Shown piece after piece: positions 29,619 through 39,947 of a stretch of DNA of 64,000 bases (its first letter is position 1; each line of letters begins with the position of its first letter). The notes under the pieces are model-generated. The model was not told the origin of the DNA, ran no database searches, and saw only the letters and a list, made by a program, of their open reading frames with translations. Source of the DNA: Alistipes sp. Lineage in GTDB: Bacteria > Bacteroidota > Bacteroidia > Bacteroidales > Rikenellaceae. The stretch lies in the NCBI GenBank assembly GCA_045654285.1, contig JAZONC010000019.1:46602-110601 (forward strand), given 5' to 3'. The position numbers were made by a program, and so were the translations under genes.

Positions 29619-30209
29619 CTATGATACAGGAGCCTCACCCTGAACATTGAGGTTTACCTTGACATATTTATATCCCATACGGCGCAACTCGAGCGACACA
29701 CCCAAGCGGAAGAATACCTTCACCACGCGCGCAAAGAGATGGAATGCCATAACACTCTGTGGCTCGATACCCTCCTTGCGAATCATAGTCTGGGCAATGT
29801 TGGCCGCCTTGCGAATTGAAGCCTCCAACTTCTGATTAGCCTCGCTATCGAGCTTAAGACCTACCAAACACTCGATAACATACTCATCCAAACAGTCGAA
29901 ACCACGAGGCTTAGCCATAAGCGTATACCAATCCTCGGTATCCTTATACTCGCCCCACGACTTATCCCACAGTACAGCCGAGCCCATACCTACATAGCAG
30001 GCCCAAGCAATGGCAGCCGAAGGATACTGTGCAATCTGCGGAACGGCAGCCACCATATACTCGGGGGCCGACGTGCGCCACTTATCGTCCAACTCCTCAA
30101 CCTCAAGGATCTTGCCATCGAGCAACTGATCGGCAGTGCACTGATCGACAAGCGTCTTCTCCAACTTCTCGGTAAATGAGTCTAAAAACTCTCTATCCTT
30201 ATCTTCCAT
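29619..30209 (-). CDS. Conserved Bacteroidales hypothetical protein
   Basis: 196 aa ORF 2 nt after the galM stop; motif YPSAAIAWACYVGMG...W...PRGFDCLDEY. Confidence 0.75.
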   Translation of the reverse strand: MEDKDREFLDSFTEKLEKTLVDQCTADQLLDGKILEVEELDDKWRTSAPEYMVAAVPQIAQYPSAAIAWACYVGMGSAVLWDKSWGEYKDTEDWYTLMAKPRGFDCLDEYVIECLVGLKLDSEANQKLEASIRKAANIAQTMIRKEGIEPQSVMAFHLFARVVKVFFRLGVSLELRRMGYKYVKVNLNVQGEAPVS

Positions 30210-30211
30210 AA

Positions 30212-31267
30212 TTAGAATGTACCTAACTTAAACACGATTTTCTGACAATAAAGTTCATCGGCAGCCAACACTACCGAGGGGAACGAAGGCTCGTTCACCG
30301 CATTGGGATAACCCTGACACTCGATAGCAACGCCTGCATAATCCTTATAGCGGCTACCCGACTTGGTGATGGGGCATCCACCCTCGAGCCAGTTGCCTGT
30401 ATAGACCATAGCACCTGCCTGCGATGAGAGAATCTCCACCTTACGGCCCGTAGCCTCGCAACGAAGCTCACCTACCTGAGAAAGGATATTGGGCTTCCAG
30501 CCATCCAACACGAAGAAGTGGTCGTAACCCTTAAAGTCCTTCATATGGTTAAACTCCGAGAGAATCTCGTCGCCAAAGCGTCGCCACGAGGTGAAGTCCT
30601 GCGGAGTACCCTTCACATCGAGATACTCGCCCGTAGGAATCTGCGTGGGATCCATCTCAAGCACGCGTGAACAATTAAGTCGCAACTCGTGGTCGAGAAT
30701 ATCTTTACCGCTACCCTCACCAGCAAGGTTCCAATAGACGTGGTTTGTGAGGTTCACAACAGTAGTCTTATCGCTCTTGGCTGCGTAGGTAATCTCCAAC
30801 TCATTGTCGTCGCCAAAGTAGTAAGCCGCCTCAACATACAACTCTCCAGGATAGTTCTGCTCGCCATCGGGCGACACACGCGAGAAGACCACACGGTTGG
30901 TCTCAACACGGCTCTCCCACAACTGATTGGCAAAGCCCTTTGAGCCGCCGTGCAGATGGTTGGGGCCGTTGTTAATCTCGAGCGAATAATCTACGCCCTC
31001 GATAGTCATTCGACCCTTTGCAATGCGGTTGGCCACACGACCTACGCTCTTACCGCTGGCCGCGCCATCGCCAAAGTAGCTCATAGGCTCCTTGTAACCC
31101 AGCACCACATCGTCAATCTTGCCATCGCGATCGGGCATCTTCACCGACACAATAGCGGCACCGATGTTGCATACCTGCACCTCGCAACCTTGATCATTGC
31201 GCAGGGTGTAGATAACGATTGCCTCACCCTCGGGTGTAGCACCCCATATATGCTGCAAAATCTCCAT
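30212..31267 (-). CDS. galM: Aldose 1-epimerase (galactose mutarotase)
   Basis: GRVANRI, NHLHGG, NLTNHVYWNL, GYDH, AIECQ. Confidence 0.92.
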   Translation of the reverse strand: MEILQHIWGATPEGEAIVIYTLRNDQGCEVQVCNIGAAIVSVKMPDRDGKIDDVVLGYKEPMSYFGDGAASGKSVGRVANRIAKGRMTIEGVDYSLEINNGPNHLHGGSKGFANQLWESRVETNRVVFSRVSPDGEQNYPGELYVEAAYYFGDDNELEITYAAKSDKTTVVNLTNHVYWNLAGEGSGKDILDHELRLNCSRVLEMDPTQIPTGEYLDVKGTPQDFTSWRRFGDEILSEFNHMKDFKGYDHFFVLDGWKPNILSQVGELRCEATGRKVEILSSQAGAMVYTGNWLEGGCPITKSGSRYKDYAGVAIECQGYPNAVNEPSFPSVVLAADELYCQKIVFKLGTF

Positions 31268-32799
31268 TACTCCAGAGGTTTAAGATTTTCCAATAGATAG
31301 TCGATACGCTTCAAGCACTCATCCTTGCCGATAAATGCCGTAACATCATACATACCAGGGCCCTTGCCTGCGCCAACCAACGCCAAACGCAGAGTATTCA
31401 TAATCTGGCCCATACCATAACCCTTCTCCTGAATCCAAGCACCCACTACAGCCTCGGTATTCTCCAGCGAGAAGTCCTCAATTCCAGCCAATACCTCGCG
31501 TACCTCCATCAAGCGTGCAGGGTTCTCGCCTTTCCAATACTTCTTAGTCTGCTTCTCCTCGTAAGATGTAGGAGCTACGAAGAAGTATGAAGTCAAATCC
31601 CACAAGTCGGGAATAAACGATGCTCGCTCCTTCATAATGCCTGCCGCCTTGCCTGCCAACTCATCGGTTGTCTCTACGCCATTTGCCTTCAATATAGGCT
31701 GGAACAGAGCGGCCAACTCCTCGTTGGTCTTGGTGTGCATATACTGAGCATTGAACCACTTAGCCTTATCGGGCTGGAAACGAGCTCCTGCCTTTGAAAC
31801 GCGATCCAATGAGAACGCATCGATGAGCTCCTGCATAGAGAAGATCTCCTGCTCGGTACCAGGATTCCAACCCAAGAGAGCCAACATATTAACAAATGCC
31901 TCAGCGAAGTAGCCATCCTCCTTATAACCGCGAGCAGTCTCGCCCGTAGGCGATGTCCAGAACAAGGGGAATACGGGGAAGCCCATCTTGTCGCCATCGC
32001 GCTTCGAGAGCTTACCGCCGCCCGTAGGCTTCAACAACAGGGGCAGGTGAGCAAACTGGGGCTGCGTCTCTGTCCATCCGAAAGCACGATACAAAAGATA
32101 GTGCAACGGCAACGAAGGCAACCACTCCTCGCCACGAATAACATGCGAGATCTCCATCAAGTGGTCATCCACAATGTTTGCAAGGTGGTAAGTAGGAAGC
32201 TGGTCAGCGCTCTTATAGAGAACCTTGTCGTCCAGCGTAGAGGTATTAACCTTAACATGGCCACGAATCAAATCATCCATCTCAACAATTTCATTCTCGG
32301 GCATCTTGAAACGCACAACCCAAATATCACCACGCGCGATACGCTCCTCAACCTCCTCCTTTGAGAGTGAGAGCGATGTGGGCAACTTCTCACGAACAGA
32401 GTAGTTGTAGGCAAAAGTCTGACCTGCAGCCTCAGCCTCCTTACGCAGAGTATCCAACTCCTCCGAAGTATCAAAAGCATAGTACGCCCAGCCAGCTTCA
32501 ACGAGCTGCTTTGCATACTTCAAATAGATCTCCTTGCGCTCGCTCTGGCGATAGGGAGCGTGAGGGCCGCCAACACCTACACCCTCGTCAATCTCAATTC
32601 CGCACCACTTGAGCGACTCGATGATATACTCCTCGGCACCAGGAACGAAGCGCTGTGAGTCGGTATCCTCGATACGAAGAATCATCTTACCGCCGTGACG
32701 GCGAGCAAACAAATAGTTGTAAAGCGCAGTACGCACACCACCCATATGAAGGGGTCCTGTAGGACTTGGCGCAAAACGCACACGAACTTCTCTTGACAT
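31267..32799 (-). CDS. gltX: Glutamate--tRNA ligase
   Basis: [38 protein letters not shown]. Confidence 0.97.
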   Translation of the reverse strand: MSREVRVRFAPSPTGPLHMGGVRTALYNYLFARRHGGKMILRIEDTDSQRFVPGAEEYIIESLKWCGIEIDEGVGVGGPHAPYRQSERKEIYLKYAKQLVEAGWAYYAFDTSEELDTLRKEAEAAGQTFAYNYSVREKLPTSLSLSKEEVEERIARGDIWVVRFKMPENEIVEMDDLIRGHVKVNTSTLDDKVLYKSADQLPTYHLANIVDDHLMEISHVIRGEEWLPSLPLHYLLYRAFGWTETQPQFAHLPLLLKPTGGGKLSKRDGDKMGFPVFPLFWTSPTGETARGYKEDGYFAEAFVNMLALLGWNPGTEQEIFSMQELIDAFSLDRVSKAGARFQPDKAKWFNAQYMHTKTNEELAALFQPILKANGVETTDELAGKAAGIMKERASFIPDLWDLTSYFFVAPTSYEEKQTKKYWKGENPARLMEVREVLAGIEDFSLENTEAVVGAWIQEKGYGMGQIMNTLRLALVGAGKGPGMYDVTAFIGKDECLKRIDYLLENLKPLE

Positions 32800-32821
32800 A
32801 ATTTTCTATCTATTTTAAGTT

Positions 32822-33178
32822 TTATTTCTTTTTCTCTTTAATCTTCAACCAAGCAACAAACAGAAGCGCACAGATGGTATAGGCCACAGAATAAATCAAT
32901 ATTCCACGTGAGAAGCTATCTATTTCGGGGTAATAATCTCCCAGCCAAGTATTGATAGCGGCAGCAAATGCAACTGACAGTAAGAAGACCAGCGCCAAAG
33001 CAATCTGATTATCCTTTTTGTTGCGTTCAATAACGGGCATCGGCACCAAAAACATAAATACCCACAAGGTTATCGACCACGCCCACATTGCAGCCGTTGC
33101 AAAACCCGCTACGGTCAACGCCACAGCCACCAAAGCCAAAACTACGTTGGCAATCTGCATCTTTCTCCAAATCTTCAT
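32822..33178 (-). CDS. Small hypothetical membrane protein (about 4 TM)
   Basis: Hydrophobic ORF in the ychF-gltX run; start placed at MKIWRK. Confidence 0.6.
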   Translation of the reverse strand: MKIWRKMQIANVVLALVAVALTVAGFATAAMWAWSITLWVFMFLVPMPVIERNKKDNQIALALVFLLSVAFAAAINTWLGDYYPEIDSFSRGILIYSVAYTICALLFVAWLKIKEKKK

Positions 33179-33270
33179 AGTGTTTGAGTTTTTTAGTTTT
33201 CTACTCCTATACCGCCACGCCAAAACATTTGTTTTGCGAAGGTATTTTCTATTTGCCCTATTTTTAACTG

Positions 33271-33380
33271 TCGGATTGTGAGATTATTTTTAGGCTTGCG
33301 AAGATTTCAAAAGCGGAGTTTACAAGAGGTAAATGAGCATTTTGAAATCGAGCGTAACGCAGAAATAATCCACAAGACGA
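33271..33380. repeat. Long nested imperfect inverted repeat (REP/MITE-like)
   Basis: TTGTG.GATTATTT...GATTTCAAAA...TTTAC-AAGAG-GTAAA...TTTTGAAATC...AAATAATC.CACAA. Confidence 0.7.
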
Positions 33381-33383
33381 TTG

Positions 33384-34481
33384 TTAAACGTTGAAGAGGA
33401 AGTGCATAATATCACCATCCTGCACGATATACTCCTTACCCTCGATACCAATCTTACCTACATCGCGGCAAGCCTTCTCCGAGCCAAGAACAACATAGTC
33501 GTCATACTTGATAACCTCGGCACGGATAAATCCACGCTCAAAGTCGGTGTGGATGATACCAGCAGTCTGGGGAGCCTTCATACCCTTAACGAAGGTCCAC
33601 GCACGGCTCTCGTCGGCACCTGTTGTGAAGAATGTCTGAAGGTTAAGCAACTTGTAAGCCGCCTTGATAAGACGAGCCACACCTGACTCCTCCAAGCCCA
33701 TATCCTGCAAGAACATCTGACGCTCCTCGAAATCCTCCAACTCAGCAATATCAGCCTCGGTAGCAGCTGCTACGATAAGCATCTCGGCATTCTCGTCAGC
33801 GATAGCAGCCTTCACAGCCTCGGTGTGAGCATTACCAGTTACGGCAGAGGCCTCATCTACATTACATACATAGAGTACGGGCTTATCGGTCAAAAGGTTA
33901 AGATCAGCAACAAGCTTGCGCTCCTCCTTATCGGTCTCAACCGTACGCGCCGAACGGCCCTGCTCCAAAGCCTCCTTGAACTGCACCAGAAGATCGTACT
34001 TACGCTTTGCGTTCTTATCGCCCGCTACGGCCTGCTTCTGGCACTTACCGATGTTATTCTCCACGGTCTCAAGGTCCTTGAGCTGAAGCTCGGTATCGAT
34101 AATACCCTTGTCGCGTACGGGATCAACCGAGCCATCGACGTGAGTGATATTACCATTCTCGAAGCAACGCAAAACGTGGATAATGGCATTTGTATTACGA
34201 ATATTTCCGAGGAACTTATTACCCAAACCCTCGCCCTTCGACGCGCCCTTCACCAGACCTGCAATATCGACAATCTCGATCGTGGTGGGGACAACCTTCT
34301 TGGGGTTATCAATCTCGGCCAACTTAACCAAGCGCTCGTCGGGCACGGTGATTACGCCCACATTGGGCTCGATTGTACAGAAAGGGAAATTTGCAGCCTG
34401 CGCCTTAGCATTCGACAGGCAGTTAAAAAGAGTCGATTTACCCACATTGGGCAGACCAACAATACCGCATTGTAAAGCCAT
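33384..34481 (-). CDS. ychF: Redox-regulated ATPase YchF
   Basis: GIVGLPNVGKSTLFN, NFPFCTIEPN, DIAGLVKGAS, GKEYIVQDGD. Confidence 0.97.
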   Translation of the reverse strand: MALQCGIVGLPNVGKSTLFNCLSNAKAQAANFPFCTIEPNVGVITVPDERLVKLAEIDNPKKVVPTTIEIVDIAGLVKGASKGEGLGNKFLGNIRNTNAIIHVLRCFENGNITHVDGSVDPVRDKGIIDTELQLKDLETVENNIGKCQKQAVAGDKNAKRKYDLLVQFKEALEQGRSARTVETDKEERKLVADLNLLTDKPVLYVCNVDEASAVTGNAHTEAVKAAIADENAEMLIVAAATEADIAELEDFEERQMFLQDMGLEESGVARLIKAAYKLLNLQTFFTTGADESRAWTFVKGMKAPQTAGIIHTDFERGFIRAEVIKYDDYVVLGSEKACRDVGKIGIEGKEYIVQDGDIMHFLFNV

Positions 34482-34750
34482 TCGTTATCTGTTATTAATT
34501 ATATACCTAAATAATTTTACAAAAGTAGTTATTTTTAGGCAGACGAGCCCTATTTTTCTCAAGAAAATTGCATCTATGCCCCATCAAAAACCGTTTCTCA
34601 GAACAAAATACCGAGATTCAACACCCCAACCCCACCAAAAACAGACTCACGATTTGCAAAAACGCATTGAAATGCTTAGCTTTGTACCAAATTCGGCTTT
34701 TTTAAGCCATATACAGAAAACGATTTTAAGAAACATTAGGTTATAAGACT

Positions 34751-35914
34751 ATGCTCAGCAGAAAAGTAGCAGATCAACTCAAGGGTATTGAGACCCCCTT
34801 CTACCTCTACGACATCAACCTCCTGCGTCAGACGCTGGAGAGCGTTATGTACGAGTCAAAAAAGTATGACTACAAAGTTCACTACGCCATCAAGGCCAAC
34901 AACGACGACTACCTGCTCTCAATCATCAAGGAGTATGGTATCGGTATCGACTGCGCCAGCGGTAACGAGGTACGCAAGGCCATCGAGTCGGGTTTCGACC
35001 CCAAGACTGTAGTGTATGCAGGTGTTGGTAAGCGCGATAAGGAGATTCGCTACGCTCTGGAGCAGGAGATCTTGGCTATCAACTGCGAGTCTATCGAGGA
35101 GTTGCAGGTGGTTAACGCCTTGGCTGGAGAGATGGGCAAGAAGGCCGATGTAGGTCTGCGCGTAAACCCCGACATTGACCCCAAGACCAACCGTTGCATC
35201 GACACAGGTCAGGCCGACAGTAAGTTCGGTATCTCATACGAGGAGATTCTCGACAATGTGGAGTTAATCAAGTCGTTGGAGAATATCAACATCATCGGCA
35301 TCCACATCCACATCGGTTCTCAGATTCGCGAGTTGCACGTATTCGAGAATATGTGTAACAAGGCTAATGCCATCGTTGAGAAGTTGGAGTCGCTCGGCTT
35401 CTCGTTCCGTATGGTCGATGTAGGTGGCGGTTTGGGAATCAACTACGATGTACCCGAGAATGAGCCTATCCCCAACTTCGCATCGCTCTTCGCTATCGTT
35501 CGCGAGCACCTTCGTGTTGAGGGTAAGGAGGTACATTTTGAGTTTGGTCGCTCACTCGTGGGTGAGTGTGGTGAGTTGATTACCAGTGTCTTGTTCAACA
35601 AGACCACAGCTACAGGTCGCCGTCTTCTGATCATCGACGCATCTATGACCGAGCTTATTCGCCCTATGCTCTACGGCTCATACCACAATATCGAGAACAT
35701 CACCTCACAGGAGGATATTTTCACTAAGTACACCGTTGTAGGTACTGCGTGCGAATCAACAGATGTATTCGACGAAAATGTGAGTCTAAAGCGCAGTAAG
35801 CGTGGCGATTTGCTCGCCATCAAGTCGGCTGGTGCCTATGGCCGTTCGATGGCATCGCAGTATAATATGCACGATCTGCCCAAGGCCGTGTATAGCGATC
35901 AGCTAAACAAGTAA
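34751..35914 (+). CDS. lysA: Diaminopimelate decarboxylase
   Basis: HYAIKAN, SKFG, HIGSQI, DVGGG, EFGR, CESTD, GAYG. Confidence 0.9.
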   Translation: MLSRKVADQLKGIETPFYLYDINLLRQTLESVMYESKKYDYKVHYAIKANNDDYLLSIIKEYGIGIDCASGNEVRKAIESGFDPKTVVYAGVGKRDKEIRYALEQEILAINCESIEELQVVNALAGEMGKKADVGLRVNPDIDPKTNRCIDTGQADSKFGISYEEILDNVELIKSLENINIIGIHIHIGSQIRELHVFENMCNKANAIVEKLESLGFSFRMVDVGGGLGINYDVPENEPIPNFASLFAIVREHLRVEGKEVHFEFGRSLVGECGELITSVLFNKTTATGRRLLIIDASMTELIRPMLYGSYHNIENITSQEDIFTKYTVVGTACESTDVFDENVSLKRSKRGDLLAIKSAGAYGRSMASQYNMHDLPKAVYSDQLNK

Positions 35915-35940
35915 AAAAAACTTTTACAATAAAAATATAC

Positions 35941-35977
35941 AAGGAGTACCCCAAGAAATATCGGGTACTCCTTATTT
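35941..35977 (+). terminator. Intrinsic terminator after lysA
   Basis: AAGGAGTACCC...GGGTACTCCTTATTT. Confidence 0.7.
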
Positions 35978-36022
35978 ATTTTAGATTTTTTTAGTACTTT
36001 TGAAAAAATTTGCGCAAAGATT

Positions 36023-37231
36023 ATGAATATCAAACTTATAAAAGCAGAACTTGAGAAACTCTCGCTTATGCTCTCAGCGTGGGAGAGCGAGGAGTCTGTC
36101 TCAGCTATCGAACGCGATATTGCACTCGACAAATTGAAGACTCTGTACGATTTGGTACGCTTCGACGCCACCCCACAACCCACCGACACCGTGGCCCCCA
36201 TCCCCGCTGTTCAGGCCGAGCCCACGGAGGAGACAACCGAAAACGAGGAGAATGATGTGGAGGTAGAGCTTATATTTGCCGAGGACGATGATATGTTCAC
36301 CCTACCCTCTACAGAGGAGAGCGAGGAGGATGCAGTGGAAGATACCGAGTCGCCCATCTCGTTGACATCAGAGATATTGACAGCAGCCATAGGTGCATCT
36401 GCTACTGAGGATAGTGCTTCTGCCGCACAGCAGGTAGAGCCTACAATCGCCGAGCCTCAGATCGAGAAGGTAGCAGATGAGCCAGCCGAGAAGGTGTGCG
36501 CCCCTGCCATCGAGCCTGTGCCCGAGAGCGAGACCCAAGAGGTTAAGCCCGAGCCTACACCTGCAGTAGAGCCAACGCCTGAGCCAGAACCCGAGCCTGC
36601 AATAGAGCCTACACCCGTTGCAGAGAAGAGCGTCGAGCGCGAGGAGCCTAGGACTCTCAACAGTTTGTTTGGGATGGAGGAGGTACAACGCCGTCCCCGC
36701 ACCAAGCATCAGCGAATGATGTCGATATACAGCGATAGCGAGGTACATCAAGAGAAGGTGGTCGATATTTCGAAGATATTCGATATGGAGATTGACGCCC
36801 CCATACCTATGACCTCGAAGATTACAGAGTTCACCCCCGAGCCCGAGCCTGAACCTACCCACATTAAGCCTATGGCAGTAGCAACCACCGTGGAGCCCGA
36901 GGCCGAGCGCCCCAAGACTCTCGCCGATGCCATTAGTCCTTCAACACCCACACTTGCTGACACATTGGCTGTACCTACACCCCTGAGCGAGGAGATTCTC
37001 AACTCACGAATCGTATCACTGCGCGACGGCATTGGTCTAAATGATAAGTTCCTGATGATTCGCGATCTGTTCGATGGCGACGACGAGGCCTACGACGAGG
37101 CCATCTCATCACTCGATAGATTGGAGACGATGGACGATTGTATGATTCACATCATCGAGAATTATGCGTGGAATCCCGACTCTGAGGGCTCAAAGTTTAT
37201 TATGCAACTTTTGGAGCGTAAATTATCGTAG
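36023..37231 (+). CDS. Hypothetical protein: short folded ends joined by a long Pro/Glu-rich linker
   Basis: N-terminal IERDIALDKL, C-terminal LRDGIGLNDKFLMIRDLF, EP-rich middle. Confidence 0.75.
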   Translation: MNIKLIKAELEKLSLMLSAWESEESVSAIERDIALDKLKTLYDLVRFDATPQPTDTVAPIPAVQAEPTEETTENEENDVEVELIFAEDDDMFTLPSTEESEEDAVEDTESPISLTSEILTAAIGASATEDSASAAQQVEPTIAEPQIEKVADEPAEKVCAPAIEPVPESETQEVKPEPTPAVEPTPEPEPEPAIEPTPVAEKSVEREEPRTLNSLFGMEEVQRRPRTKHQRMMSIYSDSEVHQEKVVDISKIFDMEIDAPIPMTSKITEFTPEPEPEPTHIKPMAVATTVEPEAERPKTLADAISPSTPTLADTLAVPTPLSEEILNSRIVSLRDGIGLNDKFLMIRDLFDGDDEAYDEAISSLDRLETMDDCMIHIIENYAWNPDSEGSKFIMQLLERKLS

Positions 37232-37234
37232 TTT

Positions 37235-37960
37235 ATGTCGAAGCTATACATAGTGCCTACCCCTATCGGCAACCTCGATGATATAACCTTGCGCGCAATT
37301 AGCACGCTCAAGGAGGCCGACTACATACTTGCCGAGGATACTCGCACCACATCGTTTCTGCTCAAACATTTGGGTATAGAGAAGAAGTTATACTCACACC
37401 ACAAGTTCAACGAGCACGCTACAGCACAATCCGTAGCCGAAGCTATTGGCGAGGGCCGCACCGTGGCACTGGTCTCAGATGCTGGTACTCCAGGAATCTC
37501 CGACCCAGGATTTCTGCTCGTGCGCACCTGCGTGGAGGCTGGCATCGAGGTGGAGACTCTGCCTGGTGCTACAGCCCTTATCCCCGCTCTGGTGCAGAGT
37601 GGCTTCCCCTGCGATAAGTTCTGTTTCGAGGGTTTTCTCCCACAGAAGAAGGGGCGCACAAAACGCCTACAAGAGTTAGCCTCAGAGAGTCGTTCAATAA
37701 TCTTTTACGAGTCGCCCTACCGCGTGGTGAAATGTCTTGAGCAGTTCGCCGAGGCCTTTGGTGAAGATCGCAAAATATCTGTCTCACGAGAGCTCACCAA
37801 GAAATTCGAGCAGACCGTTCGTGGTACCATTGCCGAGGTATTGGCTCATTTCCGCGAGAATGAGCCCAAGGGCGAGTTTGTTATAGTAGTGGCAGGCTGC
37901 CCCAAGGCCGAGACAAAGCAAAAACACAATCGCTATCGCAACGACGAGGCGGACGAGTAA
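37235..37960 (+). CDS. rsmI: 16S rRNA C1402 2'-O-methyltransferase RsmI
   Basis: LYIVPTPIGNLDDIT, AEDTR, SDAGTPGISDPG, YESPYR, RELTK. Confidence 0.95.
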   Translation: MSKLYIVPTPIGNLDDITLRAISTLKEADYILAEDTRTTSFLLKHLGIEKKLYSHHKFNEHATAQSVAEAIGEGRTVALVSDAGTPGISDPGFLLVRTCVEAGIEVETLPGATALIPALVQSGFPCDKFCFEGFLPQKKGRTKRLQELASESRSIIFYESPYRVVKCLEQFAEAFGEDRKISVSRELTKKFEQTVRGTIAEVLAHFRENEPKGEFVIVVAGCPKAETKQKHNRYRNDEADE

Positions 37961-37971
37961 TCAGCAACTAA

Positions 37972-38898
37972 ATGGACAATAAAAAATTAAACCTTACTTT
38001 CGGCCAGCGTGTTGCACTGGAGTTACTGTGGATCGTATGTCGTGGCTTTGCTCTTTTGCCACACTTTGTTCGCCACCACATATTCGGGTCGCTATGCTAC
38101 TTTGTTCTTTGCGATGTGATACACTACCGCCGCCGCGTGATAATGGACAATCTGCGCAACTCGTTCCCCGACAGGAGTGAGCAGGAGTTAAACAAAATAT
38201 GTCGTGGCACATACCGCAACCTTAGCGAGCAGATAATCAATACAATCAGCCAGGCAGGCGTAAGCAACACTACGCTTATGCACAGAATGAAAGTACTCGA
38301 TGCCGACAAGGTGCGCGCAGAGATTGGCAACCGCAGTGTAATTATGCTTACAGCCCACTACGGCCCGTGGGAGGCTGGCAGCACGGTAAGCCTTGTTGTT
38401 CCCGACCAGACCTTTGTGGCTGTATATCACAAGATCACAAGTCCCATAATCGACGAACTGATGAAGCGCATACGCCGCCACACTAATGTCGAATTGGTGG
38501 AGATGAAGCAGACGATGCGCCACTTTGTCGATAATCGCAACAAGCGCCCGATGGCTATGGGTCTTATCGCCGACCAGAATCCTGTACTGCGCGCAAATAT
38601 GCATTGGTATAAATTTTTGCATCAGTGGACCGCATTTTTCGAGGGTGGCGAGACTCTTGCAATGAAGTATCATCTGCCCGTGTACTACTTCTCGCCGCGT
38701 CGCATCAGCGCAGGCCATTACGAGGGTGTGTTCACACTGATTTACGACGGTGAGGAACAGGTGGAGCCATACACTATCACGGAGCGTTATGTGCGTCTGT
38801 TAGAGAACGATATTAATACACATCCCGAGATGTGGATGTGGTCGCACCGCCGCTGGAAGCACACCCCTCCCGCCGAGTTACAGGCACAAAAGATATGA
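37972..38898 (+). CDS. Lipid A late acyltransferase (LpxL/HtrB family)
   Basis: NLRNSFP, AHYGPWE, LIADQ, PEMWMWSHRRWK. Confidence 0.88.
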   Translation: MDNKKLNLTFGQRVALELLWIVCRGFALLPHFVRHHIFGSLCYFVLCDVIHYRRRVIMDNLRNSFPDRSEQELNKICRGTYRNLSEQIINTISQAGVSNTTLMHRMKVLDADKVRAEIGNRSVIMLTAHYGPWEAGSTVSLVVPDQTFVAVYHKITSPIIDELMKRIRRHTNVELVEMKQTMRHFVDNRNKRPMAMGLIADQNPVLRANMHWYKFLHQWTAFFEGGETLAMKYHLPVYYFSPRRISAGHYEGVFTLIYDGEEQVEPYTITERYVRLLENDINTHPEMWMWSHRRWKHTPPAELQAQKI

Positions 38899-39908
38899 TA
38901 CAAACGGCTGTTGTCATACTAAGTTGGAACGGACGCCAACACCTTGAGCAGTTCCTACCGAGCGTAGTGGAGCACACTCCCGCCTCGGCTAAGATTGTTG
39001 TGGCCGACAACGGCTCGACGGACGACTCCGTAGCATTTCTCAGGGAACATTATCCCACAATCAACATAATATCGTTGCCCCAGAACTATGGCTTTGCCGA
39101 GGGCTATAATCGCGCCTTAGAGCAGGTCGATGCCGAGTATTTCGTACTCCTCAACTCCGATGTGGAGGTTACGGCAGGATGGTTGGAGCCGCTGGTGGCA
39201 ACTCTAGCGAATGATAGCAGCGTTGCGGCCGTAGCACCCAAGTTGCGCTCATACGGCCACCGCGATCAGTTCGAGTATGCTGGTGCAGCAGGAGGCTTTA
39301 TCGATTTCCTTGGCTACCCCTTTTGTCGTGGACGAATACTCTCAACGGTAGAGCAGGATCGAGGACAATATGACTCGCCCCGCGAGGTCTTCTGGGCAAG
39401 TGGTGCAGCGTTCTGTTGTCGTGCCAATCTATTCCGCCTACTCGGAGGTTTCGACGCCGATTTCTTCGCCCATATGGAGGAGATCGACCTCTGCTGGCGT
39501 ATGCAACTCGCAGGGTATCGCATTATGGTTGAGCCCCGTAGCGTTGTATATCACCTCGGCGGCGGCACACTCCCCAACGAGTCGCCGCAGAAACTATATC
39601 TTAACTATCGCAACAATCTATCGATGCTCTTCAAGTGTGCGCCCACGCCACAACGCCTAGTGGTGGCTGTCGCACGCCCCATATGCGATATGTTATCGGC
39701 TCTACTCTACGCACTGCGAGGTGAGTGGCCACTTGTTAAGGCTACGCTGCGCGCCTACCGCGATTTTATTGATGCACACGGCGCATTAAACTCTAAACGC
39801 AAGGCCACGCGCTCTGAACGCAAAGCTGAATCGAAGATGATCTACCGCAGCTCGATTGTCTTACGCTACGCCTTAGGTAAAAAGGTTTTCGGAGATATGA
39901 TGAAGTAA
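38895..39908 (+). CDS. GT2 glycosyltransferase
   Basis: VVILSWNG, VADNGSTD, NYGFAEGYN, LLNSD, EEIDLCWR; ATGA overlap start at 38895. Confidence 0.9.
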   Translation: MIQTAVVILSWNGRQHLEQFLPSVVEHTPASAKIVVADNGSTDDSVAFLREHYPTINIISLPQNYGFAEGYNRALEQVDAEYFVLLNSDVEVTAGWLEPLVATLANDSSVAAVAPKLRSYGHRDQFEYAGAAGGFIDFLGYPFCRGRILSTVEQDRGQYDSPREVFWASGAAFCCRANLFRLLGGFDADFFAHMEEIDLCWRMQLAGYRIMVEPRSVVYHLGGGTLPNESPQKLYLNYRNNLSMLFKCAPTPQRLVVAVARPICDMLSALLYALRGEWPLVKATLRAYRDFIDAHGALNSKRKATRSERKAESKMIYRSSIVLRYALGKKVFGDMMK

Positions 39909-39947
39909 AATCATCCTCCTACATTACCATCGCAATTCGAATAAACA

